DNA of 64,000 nucleotides from Vulcanimicrobiota bacterium (GTDB lineage: Bacteria > Vulcanimicrobiota > CADAWZ01 > Ess09-12). This document shows positions 56,030 to 64,000 of the stretch, piece after piece. The stretch spans positions 288,842 to 352,841 of the forward strand of contig JAVHLM010000003.1 in assembly GCA_031082125.1 (NCBI GenBank), read 5' to 3'. Under the pieces are notes generated by a model, which had not been told where the DNA came from, ran no database searches, and worked only from the letters and a program-made list of their open reading frames with translations. The translations under genes and the position numbers were made by a program. The number at the start of each line of letters is the position of its first letter. Within the stretch, counting starts at the first letter, position 1.

Positions 56030-57193
56030 ATGAATGTCATATTCCTGTCACCCCATTTTCCGCGGCAATTCCACAATTTCTGCGCAGCCCTGAAACGGAG
56101 AGGGGTCACCGTGCTCGGTATCGGCGACACCCCGTGGGAGGCCCTTGAGCACCCTGTCCGCGCATCGCTGACCGAGTATTACCACGTGCAGAACATGGAG
56201 GATTACGAGCAGCTTTACCGGGCAGTGGCCCTGGTCATTCACCGCTACGGCAGGGTGAGCAGAATCGAGTCGCTCAACGAGCACTGGCTTGTATCCGAGG
56301 CTCGCCTCCGGACCGATTTCAACATCGAGGGGATACAGCTCGACACCATTGATGACATAAAGCTCAAGTCACGGATGAAGACAAAGTACCGCAAGGGCGG
56401 GGTTCACGTGGTTGACGGGAGGAGAGTGGCCGATCTCAGGGAAGCTCTCTCATTCGCGAATGAAACGGGATTCCCCCTTGTGGCGAAGCCCGATAACGGG
56501 GTGGGAGCGGCATATACGTACAAGGTCTCGTCCCCCGGGGAGATCGAGCAGGTCTTTCACGAGCATCCCCATATACCGTATTTCCTGGAAGTCTTCGTGG
56601 ACGGCGATATCTACAGCTTCGACGGCCTCACGGACCAGGAGGGCGTCCCTGTCTTTTATACCTCCCATACCTTCAGCTCGGGCATCATGGAAATCGTGCT
56701 GGAGGATCGCCATGTCTACTACTATTCGCTCCGGGAGATCCCCAAGGACCTGGTTGACGCAGGTCTAAAGACCCTTAAAGCCTTCGACGTGCGCGGCAAG
56801 TTCTTTCACCTTGAGTTTTTCAGAACCCATAAAGAGGGGAAGCTCGTGGGGCTCGAGGTCAACATACGGCCTCCCGGGGGATTCACCACCGATATGTTCA
56901 ACTATGCCAACGATATTGATGTCTACCAGGAATGGGCGAATATGATCGCCTTCAACGAGTTCCGCTCGCCGTACTCACGGAAATACCACTGCTGCTATAT
57001 CGGCAGGAAGATGCAGAAAGGATACGCCCACTCTCATGAAGCCATGAGGGAGAGGTGGGGCGGCTGCCTGCTGGCGGAAGGGGAGATGCCCCCCGTCTTT
57101 GCCCGGGCCATGGGAGATTACTATTACCTGGCCAGGGCCAGTGAGCGGGAAACCATCCTGGAGCTGGCCGGCTATGCCCTCGAGCTGGGATAA
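56030..57193 (+). CDS. ATP-grasp domain protein (carboxylate-amine/peptide ligase-like)
   Basis: FPLVAKPDNGVGAAYTYKVSSPGEIEQVF and EVNIRPPGG resemble ATP-grasp ATP-binding loops. Start moved to the ATG at 56030 (MNVIFLSPHF). Confidence 0.6.
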   Translation: MNVIFLSPHFPRQFHNFCAALKRRGVTVLGIGDTPWEALEHPVRASLTEYYHVQNMEDYEQLYRAVALVIHRYGRVSRIESLNEHWLVSEARLRTDFNIEGIQLDTIDDIKLKSRMKTKYRKGGVHVVDGRRVADLREALSFANETGFPLVAKPDNGVGAAYTYKVSSPGEIEQVFHEHPHIPYFLEVFVDGDIYSFDGLTDQEGVPVFYTSHTFSSGIMEIVLEDRHVYYYSLREIPKDLVDAGLKTLKAFDVRGKFFHLEFFRTHKEGKLVGLEVNIRPPGGFTTDMFNYANDIDVYQEWANMIAFNEFRSPYSRKYHCCYIGRKMQKGYAHSHEAMRERWGGCLLAEGEMPPVFARAMGDYYYLARASERETILELAGYALELG

Positions 57194-57687
57194 GGGGCCC
57201 TTTACTCGTCGAATCACTTGAAGAGGCAAAAGTTCACGACTTTGCCGTCCCTGGACATGACGAACGTAATGCCCCGGTTATTGTAGCGAAGTATCTTGCC
57301 TGAGCCTCTTGGCGGAGAGATTGTTTTCGCCATATTCGGAGACTGCCGACCAGACTCTTTTGAGAGTGAGCCTGTCGGTGCGTTTGGGAAGCTCAGGGCT
57401 TTACCCTCTCTTCTGAGTCGAAGCACTATCCTTCCCTGGGCTTCAAAGGCACCGTAAAGAGCATCCATCCCTCGCCGTCAACAATCGAGAACAGATTATT
57501 GCCGGCCTTTGCCTCCCATTTGCCATGCTCTTCATTAATACTGTCCACATTTACAAATTTCTTCGCCATGATTTAACATTTCTGAAATGGTTTCTGGAGA
57601 ATTCTCATGCTATAATTCTAAAGGAGTTTTATTGGGAGCAGGGGGGGTTACCAGGCATACATTGAGACACAAAGTGAGGAAAAGGAC

Positions 57688-58518
57688 ATGGACAGTATCT
57701 CATCACGCCGGACAATGGGAGACATCAGCGAATACGCGGCTTCTGGCATGGCAAAGCATACAGGCGACGACGACAGCCCTGCAGTAAGATATGATGGCGT
57801 TGAGCTTTCAGAAACCGCCTCAGCACTAAAGGACAAGAAGATATGCATCGATCCCGGCCATGGCGGCGGCGATTCCGGCGCCGTGGGACCAACCAAGTTC
57901 ACTGAAAAAGAAGCAAATCTTGATATAGCTCTGAACCTGAGGCGATACCTCGAAAGCAAGGGTGCCAGGGTCATAATGACAAGAGACACTGACACATCCC
58001 TGACATCTTCGGTTTCCGGGGTAAAAGAGCTTGGCGCCCGCGTCAAAGTAGCCAATGAGAGCAAAGCGGATGTCTTTGTCTCAATCCACAACAATGCCTC
58101 TGATAATTCCGCAACCGGCGGCACTGAAACCTATTATTATGCAAAGGGAAGCGCCGCATCAAAGCTTCTTGCGAGGACCGTCTTTGACCACCAGGTGGAA
58201 AAACTGGGGCTGCACCCCCGTGGCACTTTCCCTGCAAAATTCTATGTCATCAAGTACACTGACATGCCCGCTGTGCTCTCCGAATCGGCCTTTGTGAGCA
58301 ATGCCGAAGAAGAGGCGAAGCTCAAGGATCCCGCATTCCGGCATACCGTCGCAGAGGCCATCGGTGATGGCATAGAGGAATATTTCGTAAAGATGCAGGG
58401 AGGCAGTATTGATTCCAGCAAACCCAATCTGCCCGATGACGGGAAATGGGACCCTCTTCCCTGCGAGAAATACCTCACTGTGGCTCAGAAAAGCACCTCA
58501 TATTCTTCAGAGCTATGA
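57688..58518 (+). CDS. N-acetylmuramoyl-L-alanine amidase (Amidase_3/AmiC family)
   Basis: KICIDPGHGGGDSGAVGP...EKEANLDIALNLRRYLESKGARVIMTRDTD...FVSIHNNAS. Confidence 0.8.
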   Translation: MDSISSRRTMGDISEYAASGMAKHTGDDDSPAVRYDGVELSETASALKDKKICIDPGHGGGDSGAVGPTKFTEKEANLDIALNLRRYLESKGARVIMTRDTDTSLTSSVSGVKELGARVKVANESKADVFVSIHNNASDNSATGGTETYYYAKGSAASKLLARTVFDHQVEKLGLHPRGTFPAKFYVIKYTDMPAVLSESAFVSNAEEEAKLKDPAFRHTVAEAIGDGIEEYFVKMQGGSIDSSKPNLPDDGKWDPLPCEKYLTVAQKSTSYSSEL

Positions 58519-59270
58519 AAAATGGACGAATCTACAAGGGTACCTGGTCTCAGCATGTGACGCGCAAGGTGCTTGCCCAGCACGACCAGTGGGCGCACGG
58601 AAGGGGCGGCCAGCGCCTCCACCTTTGCGGAGCCAACCTTGACGGGATGCGGGCCACTGGGACCAGGATGATCGACGCCCGCTTTGAGACATGCAGCCTT
58701 GTGGACGCACAGATCTCTGCTTCGATCCTGAGCGACATCGAGATGGAGGATTGCGTCCTCACCCGGGCTGCCTTCTCCCGGTCGGACATGGATCGGGCCA
58801 TCCTCTACGGGTGCCGCTTCACCCAGGCCGACCTCCGCCTGGCCCGCCTGCGGATGGCTGACATTGTCGGATCCGATTTCAGCAGTGCCCTCCTCGATCG
58901 CGCCGATCTCACCGACGCCATCCTCAAGGAGTCGATCATGCGGGGTGCGCTGATCTATGACACCACCTTCGACCGTGCCTATGTAGGGTACTGCGACTTC
59001 TGCGATGCCGATCTCTCGGCCCAGGACGCCGTCCACCTCTGCACTGCAGAGGGAACGTGGTTCTTCCGCTGCGACTTCCGCGGCTCCAACTGGGAGGGCC
59101 GCCATCTCCGCAACACCCGCTTCACCTCGTGCCGCTTCCACGGGGTGCGGGGAAAGCCGGTCATCGACGGGGAGTATGCCATGGAGCGCCCGAACTTCGC
59201 CGCTGACAACGATGGTGAGGACATCAGATCCGGGGAGGAGATGTTCCGGCTGTGGGGGGCGCCCCCGTAA
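58515..59270 (+). CDS. pentapeptide-repeat protein
   Basis: ATGA overlap with the amidase gene. Tandem A(D/N)LxxA-type pentapeptide repeats (CGANLDGMRATGTRMIDARFETCSLVDAQISASILSDIEMEDCVLTRAAFSRSDMDRAIL...). Confidence 0.7.
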   Translation: MKNGRIYKGTWSQHVTRKVLAQHDQWAHGRGGQRLHLCGANLDGMRATGTRMIDARFETCSLVDAQISASILSDIEMEDCVLTRAAFSRSDMDRAILYGCRFTQADLRLARLRMADIVGSDFSSALLDRADLTDAILKESIMRGALIYDTTFDRAYVGYCDFCDADLSAQDAVHLCTAEGTWFFRCDFRGSNWEGRHLRNTRFTSCRFHGVRGKPVIDGEYAMERPNFAADNDGEDIRSGEEMFRLWGAPP

Positions 59271-59316
59271 TAGACCGGATTTGTACCATCTCCCGGCCAA
59301 AGGCTGATCATACCAT

Positions 59317-60570
59317 ATGAGGAGGCACTGCATGATGACTTCAGCTAAAATACTCTTTACAGCCTTAGTGCTCATCCTGATGGCTGTCATCCTGCCATTA
59401 TCAGGATCGCACTCTGCCTTCGCAGAGAAGCTCCCACCTCCTGGAGAGCTTGTGCGGTACAAGCTGATTGGAGCCTATGCAAAACCTCAGATTGATTCCT
59501 TATTCAAACCAGGCGCTCTTGAAAATATGCTCTCAAAGGGCGATGGTAATGTCAAGACGCCTGGCTCTGCAGAGAATGCAGTCAAAGCCTACCTTGTGGA
59601 GTACAGCACTGCCAACACAGACGGCAAAACAGTTGCCGTATCGGGACTGCTGCTGGTGCCCGACCCCTCATCAGGGCAATTCCCTGTTTTATCATACCAG
59701 CACGGCACAATTTTTGAAAGAAGAAAGGCGCCTTCATATCTCAACTCCTGCAGCGAATCAATACTCATGCTTCACACCTTTGCCGCCCATGGGTACGTGG
59801 TCTCGATGCCGGATTACATTGGCCTGGGCCGCTCGCCCCTCATGCATCCCTATCTTGTCGCCGGATCGGAAGCTTCATCAAGCCTGGACATGCTGAAAGC
59901 ATCAAAGCAGCTCTGTGCAAAACTGGGTGTTGCTCTGAATGGCACACTGTTTCTTGCGGGGTATTCACAGGGTGGGCATTCCACCATGGCGCTTCAGAGG
60001 CTTCTCGAGACAGAGCATCGGCCTGACCTGCCTGTAACCGCTTCGGCACCTATGGCAGGACCATACAACCTCTATATGCTCTGGAGCACGTGGATCGGCA
60101 GGCCCTGCTATCTCTCTTCCGCGGTAATGGCAAAAGGGGTGCTCGCCTATAACAACGCCTATAATCTTAAACTGCCAATGGGAGAAATATTCCGCCCGCC
60201 CTATGACGGTACTGTTGCGACACTTCTTGATGGAAACCACCGTGAGGAAGAGATCATCGGCATACTGCCCCGCAATCCTGCCGCACTGTTCACCAGGAGC
60301 TTCCTGAAAAGGATGAATACGGGGAATCACCCATTTTACACTACAATGAAGGCCAACAACACATATGAATGGTATCCTGAGGCTCCCACCACCCTCTACC
60401 ACGGCATGAAAGACGATGTAGTACCTTACAAGGCTTCTGAAATCGCCTATTATTTCATGAAACGGGGCAGCGACAAAGTGAGGATATGCAATCTGGGCGA
60501 TTACAACCATATGACTGCCTTCATCCCGGCTCTGTTCACCGCAAAGGGATGGTTTGACAGCTATAGATAA
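59317..60570 (+). CDS. secreted alpha/beta-hydrolase (lipase/esterase-like)
   Basis: Signal peptide. Nucleophile elbow LAGYSQGGHS (GxSxG). Later D and H residues consistent with a catalytic triad. Confidence 0.65.
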   Translation: MRRHCMMTSAKILFTALVLILMAVILPLSGSHSAFAEKLPPPGELVRYKLIGAYAKPQIDSLFKPGALENMLSKGDGNVKTPGSAENAVKAYLVEYSTANTDGKTVAVSGLLLVPDPSSGQFPVLSYQHGTIFERRKAPSYLNSCSESILMLHTFAAHGYVVSMPDYIGLGRSPLMHPYLVAGSEASSSLDMLKASKQLCAKLGVALNGTLFLAGYSQGGHSTMALQRLLETEHRPDLPVTASAPMAGPYNLYMLWSTWIGRPCYLSSAVMAKGVLAYNNAYNLKLPMGEIFRPPYDGTVATLLDGNHREEEIIGILPRNPAALFTRSFLKRMNTGNHPFYTTMKANNTYEWYPEAPTTLYHGMKDDVVPYKASEIAYYFMKRGSDKVRICNLGDYNHMTAFIPALFTAKGWFDSYR

Positions 60571-60614
60571 TTACATGTGATAGAGATACAATGTCAGGAA
60601 TCAGCCGGAGATTT

Positions 60615-61727
60615 TCATCGCACCAGGCTCTTATAATTTTTTCTTGATTCACCAATCGCATCGGCAGCGAGCATGGCATTGAGGACTTTTTCAGGAGTCA
60701 TCGTGCCCGCCTCGTGATGGATGGCTTCCGTGGGAGCGCAGGCCTTTTCAGCAGCCTTCATCAGTTTATCCCGGCTGGTATTTTGCAGGCCGATATCGGC
60801 AAGGGTAGTAGGCAGGCCGATTTCCTCACAGAAGGAGAACACTTCTGCCGATTCCCGACGAGAGGCATCGGTGAGTTGAAGACCCGCCAGGAGGCCGAAG
60901 GCGACTTTTTCACCATGGTAAAACGAATGGGTTTCTTCCAGGGCGGTGAGCCCGTTGTGAATGGAATGAGCTGCCGCCAGTCCGGAGCTTTCAAAACCGA
61001 TTCCGCTCAACAGTATGTTCGCCTCTACAATGTGGTTCAGGGCCGGCGTGACGATATGCTTTTCGCTGGCGACTTTAGCCGCTGCACCGTACATCAGCAG
61101 GGTATCATAACAGAGCCTGGCGAGATTGAGCCCTGCCATTGTACTATATCCGCCGCACTCGTTCAGCGATTTTGTGCGATCGCACGATCTGGCTTCGAAC
61201 CATGTGGCCAGCGCATCGCCTATACCGGAGATCAGGAATCGAGCGGGAGCATCGGCAATGACAGACGTATCAACCAGCACTATCTGCGGGTTCATTTTTT
61301 GATAGGAGACTGAGTGGAAGAGCCCTTTCTCCGAGTAGATGACCGCACAGCCGCTGCATGGCGCATCGGTCGAGGCAATGGTGGGAACGATGATCACAGG
61401 AATCCCGAGACGATCCGCAGCGATTTTTGCCGTATCTATCGTCTTCCCACCACCCATTCCGACAAGAACGTCTATATTTTTGCCGGTCATACTGCTGGAA
61501 AGACGCTTTAATTCATTTTCACAGCACTCCCCCTGAAACGGCTCGATACCAATCGAGTGTTCAGTCAAACCATTCAGGTATCTGGGAAGGACTTTGTCTT
61601 TCACCGTACCGGATGCCAGGATTAACCCTTTTTTACCTAACAAACTGACCCAATCGGGTAATTGGTCGAGAACTCCCTCACCCTGAATATATTTTCCTGG
61701 AAAAACTGCTTTCAAGACCATATTCAT
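60615..61727 (-). CDS. gldA: glycerol dehydrogenase-like iron-containing alcohol dehydrogenase
   Basis: GMGGGKTIDTAK NAD-binding loop, metal-binding His pair (AAAHSIHNGLT) and length 370 aa, as in GldA. Confidence 0.75.
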   Translation of the reverse strand: MNMVLKAVFPGKYIQGEGVLDQLPDWVSLLGKKGLILASGTVKDKVLPRYLNGLTEHSIGIEPFQGECCENELKRLSSSMTGKNIDVLVGMGGGKTIDTAKIAADRLGIPVIIVPTIASTDAPCSGCAVIYSEKGLFHSVSYQKMNPQIVLVDTSVIADAPARFLISGIGDALATWFEARSCDRTKSLNECGGYSTMAGLNLARLCYDTLLMYGAAAKVASEKHIVTPALNHIVEANILLSGIGFESSGLAAAHSIHNGLTALEETHSFYHGEKVAFGLLAGLQLTDASRRESAEVFSFCEEIGLPTTLADIGLQNTSRDKLMKAAEKACAPTEAIHHEAGTMTPEKVLNAMLAADAIGESRKNYKSLVR

Positions 61728-61892
61728 ATCCTCCAGGGAAAAGATTCATTTGTCTTGGCACCTATAATAACCACGGCACACTGGACCATATAAGCTAATG
61801 CCTCACGTATATTCTCGCTTGTGCCCGTGGGAAACCTCTTTGTCCCTCTGCATGGGCTTGTAAAGAAAAGCCAGATTCTGATTTCTTCAGCA

Positions 61893-63197
61893 TTATTCAT
61901 CAAGTGGTATGAACAACGGGCCTTTGAAAGCTTTCATGATATATTCAACGGGAAGCCCGTTTTCGAGCAGTTTGACCATATTTACCATGTACCTGGAGAT
62001 ATGGCGGTAGTATTTTTTCAATCCTCTGCAGAGGTAATTCAAACCCTCTTCCTCATCAAAGGTTTTTAAAAAGCGATGTCTCGGGCATTGCCCCCTGCAG
62101 ACATAAATGAAACTGCATTCCCGGCATTCGAGGGGGAGGAGTTTTTCCTTGGCAGCGCCGAAATCCATCTGTTCTTTTTTGTTGAGGAGCTGTGCCGGGC
62201 TGTCATTCAGAATATTTCCGAGACGGTATTCAGGATAGACATAATGATCGCAGGAATATATGTCGCCGTTGTGCTCAATTACCATGCACTGCCCGCATTG
62301 CGCCCCATACATGCAGTTGGAAGCGGGGATTCCATACCAGGCGGCTAGGATCCATTCAAAATTCATGACAAAAATCTTAGCCACGTCATTTCTGACCCAT
62401 TCATCAAAGACGCTCCCTAAAAAATCTCCAAATGCCTCGGATTCTACACTCCAGGGTGTTACTGACAGTACAGGCTCATTTTTGCCGATATGGGGAGGCA
62501 TGGCAAGGCCCTGTTCCATGGCTTTGCAGTCCCTTGCTCTCTCAACTACGGGAATGAACTGAACGAATTCCACTCCTTCGTTTTTCAAGAAATGGTAAAC
62601 ATCAAGAGGATGCCGGGAGCTTTCGCGGTTGACGCAGGCGAGGACATTATACTGAACTCCATGGTTCTGAAGCAGTTTCAGCCCGTTCATCACTTTATCA
62701 AAAGTGGAGTCTCCTCCCCTGTCGCGCCGGTATAAATCATGGAGTTCCCGTGGCCCGTCAAGACTGATTCCCACCAGGAAATTGTTCTCGGCAAGAAAAC
62801 TGCCCCATGGGTCATCCAGCAGAGTTCCGTTGGTCTGGATCGAGTTGGTTATCTGTTTTGCGCCTGTAGTATACTTTTTCTGCAGCTGGAGTGCTTTCCT
62901 GTAGAAATCAATACCCATCAATGCCGGCTCGCCGCCCTGCCAGATAAACTGGATCTCGGGTCCCGGGCTTGCATCGATGAATTTTTTTACAAAAGCCTCA
63001 AGCACCTCAGAAGACATGCGGAATTTTGAATCATCTGGGAAGAGGGCTTCCTTTTCAGTATAAAAACAGTATTCACACCGGAGGTTGCAGGAAGGACCGC
63101 CCGGTTTCGCCATAAGCTGAAAACTCCGGGGCTTTGCCGGCGATAATGACGGATTGTCTTCCCTTTTTTCATGAACCTTGCTGTTTTTGTCCTGCAT
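61893..63197 (-). CDS. anaerobic sulfatase-maturating enzyme (radical SAM/SPASM)
   Basis: GGPSCNLRCEYCFY (CxxxCxxC). Twin C-terminal Cys clusters (CMYGAQCGQC, CRECSFIYVCRGQC). Immediately downstream of a sulfatase gene. Confidence 0.85.
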   Translation of the reverse strand: MQDKNSKVHEKREDNPSLSPAKPRSFQLMAKPGGPSCNLRCEYCFYTEKEALFPDDSKFRMSSEVLEAFVKKFIDASPGPEIQFIWQGGEPALMGIDFYRKALQLQKKYTTGAKQITNSIQTNGTLLDDPWGSFLAENNFLVGISLDGPRELHDLYRRDRGGDSTFDKVMNGLKLLQNHGVQYNVLACVNRESSRHPLDVYHFLKNEGVEFVQFIPVVERARDCKAMEQGLAMPPHIGKNEPVLSVTPWSVESEAFGDFLGSVFDEWVRNDVAKIFVMNFEWILAAWYGIPASNCMYGAQCGQCMVIEHNGDIYSCDHYVYPEYRLGNILNDSPAQLLNKKEQMDFGAAKEKLLPLECRECSFIYVCRGQCPRHRFLKTFDEEEGLNYLCRGLKKYYRHISRYMVNMVKLLENGLPVEYIMKAFKGPLFIPLDE

Positions 63198-63334
63198 TAC
63201 TCAACATTTCCTTTTTCATGATGCATCGGAATCCAGCGCCACAGATGCCGGTATCGGGGCTGTCTTATTGTGAATACTGAAAAGGGGACTTGACGCCCCC
63301 TTTTCTCACGTATGGCGGTAAAATGCCCTTTGTA

Positions 63335-64000
63335 TTATTTGAACAGTGTGTTAGACCGGTACTTCTTATAAGTTTCCAGGTGGGTAAGCTTGGCACCATT
63401 GAAGATTCCTAGATAGGGAGTCTTCCTGACAAAATAACTGTGGCTTTCCTTAGGATCGAGAAAAAGGTTGTACATACGGGCATAAGTGTAGGTCAGGGTT
63501 TCGCCCGAGAAACCGCCCGGACTGCTGACATCGGTCATCACATCCTGCTCTGCAGCTTCCATTGCTTTGAATTCCGCGATTCTTGTTCCCGAGAAGGTAT
63601 CCTGAAGCCAGTAATATACCACTCTTCTGTTGGAAGTTCCATTGTCTGAGAGCAGGAAAGAGGTCTGGTCTATGCCGTCGATGAAACGATCCCTGGGCAG
63701 TTTTGATTTTGCTCCTGCCAGGCTTATGGAAGTGTTGTAAATATCGGAAAGATCAAACAGCCCGTCGGAAATCCTTCCGGGTTCAATCATGCCTTTCCAG
63801 TAGACGATGCATGGCACCCGCATTCCGCCTTCCCAGGTGGTGCCTTTTGAGCCGCGGAACGGTGTGTACCCGCAATCGGGCCATGTTTCCATTTCAGGCC
63901 CGTTGTCGGAGGCGATGATGATAAGGGTATTCTCAAGCTGCCCTGTTTCTTTGAGGGTATCAACAATGCGGCCCAGATTGGCGTCCAGTTCAATCATCAC
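63335..64000 (-). CDS. sulfatase (arylsulfatase family), C-terminal portion; 5' end beyond the window
   Basis: NTLIIIASDNGP and PFRGSKGTTWEGGMRVPCIVYW are conserved sulfatase C-terminal-region motifs. The ORF runs to the window edge. Confidence 0.75.
   Translation of the reverse strand: MMIELDANLGRIVDTLKETGQLENTLIIIASDNGPEMETWPDCGYTPFRGSKGTTWEGGMRVPCIVYWKGMIEPGRISDGLFDLSDIYNTSISLAGAKSKLPRDRFIDGIDQTSFLLSDNGTSNRRVVYYWLQDTFSGTRIAEFKAMEAAEQDVMTDVSSPGGFSGETLTYTYARMYNLFLDPKESHSYFVRKTPYLGIFNGAKLTHLETYKKYRSNTLFK

Noticed and set aside
1-64000. CRISPR arrays, IS elements/transposases, rRNA/tRNA genes
   Set aside because: No short direct repeats with regular spacers were seen. No DDE transposase, integrase or IS inverted repeats. 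No 16S/23S-like or cloverleaf-like sequences could be recognised by eye. tRNAscan/Infernal would be needed to be certain.

Overview
This 64 kb window is high-GC (about 58-62%) bacterial chromosome, probably from an anaerobe. The anaerobe guess rests on AdhE, a selenoprotein, many radical SAM enzymes and an anaerobic sulfatase maturase. Coding density is high on both strands, and GGAGG-type ribosome-binding sites are frequent, including before GTG/TTG starts. No rRNA, tRNA, CRISPR array or transposase could be identified by eye.

Gene content by position:
- 0.6-6.2 kb, minus strand: a galactofuranose/cell-envelope operon (glf, a GT2 transferase, a SAM methyltransferase, a phosphoesterase, a beta-lactamase-fold hydrolase).
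- 7.3-10.1 kb: two convergent PQQ-like beta-propeller proteins.
- 10.7-14.3 kb, minus strand: a radical SAM/SPASM enzyme, a polysaccharide deacetylase and a GT-C membrane protein.
- 14.4-15.2 kb: agmatinase.
- 15.5-16.8 kb: a LolA-like plus TlpA-like thioredoxin fusion whose reading frame runs through an in-frame TGA placed exactly at the redox-motif cysteine. This is a candidate selenoprotein with a UxxC motif and a downstream hairpin.
- 17.4-19.0 kb: a PD40-repeat beta-propeller protein.
- 19.4-22.6 kb: a low-GC island carrying a B12-binding radical SAM gene followed by a small Gly/Ala decapeptide-repeat ORF.
- 22.6-34.5 kb: a STAS protein, adhE, a GAF membrane sensor, an ArnT/ArnC-like glycosylation pair and a 1141-aa TPR-CHAT protein.
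- 34.8-36.6 kb: typA/bipA.

The most notable finding is a large, apparently undescribed RiPP (ribosomally synthesised, post-translationally modified peptide) locus at about 36.9-57.2 kb. It comprises a YcaO enzyme, a Nif11-type precursor peptide with a Gly-Gly leader motif, a TfuA-like protein, three tandem translationally coupled B12-binding radical SAM paralogs with an unusual CX4CX2C motif, and an E1/ThiF-like protein with a PqqD-like recognition domain. Convergent to these is an operon of two M16 peptidases, a HlyD secretion protein, a C39-peptidase ABC exporter and a second ABC ATPase. An ATP-grasp ligase sits just beyond. The window ends with a cell-wall amidase, a pentapeptide-repeat protein, a secreted alpha/beta hydrolase, glycerol dehydrogenase, and an anaerobic sulfatase maturase next to a sulfatase that runs off the window edge.
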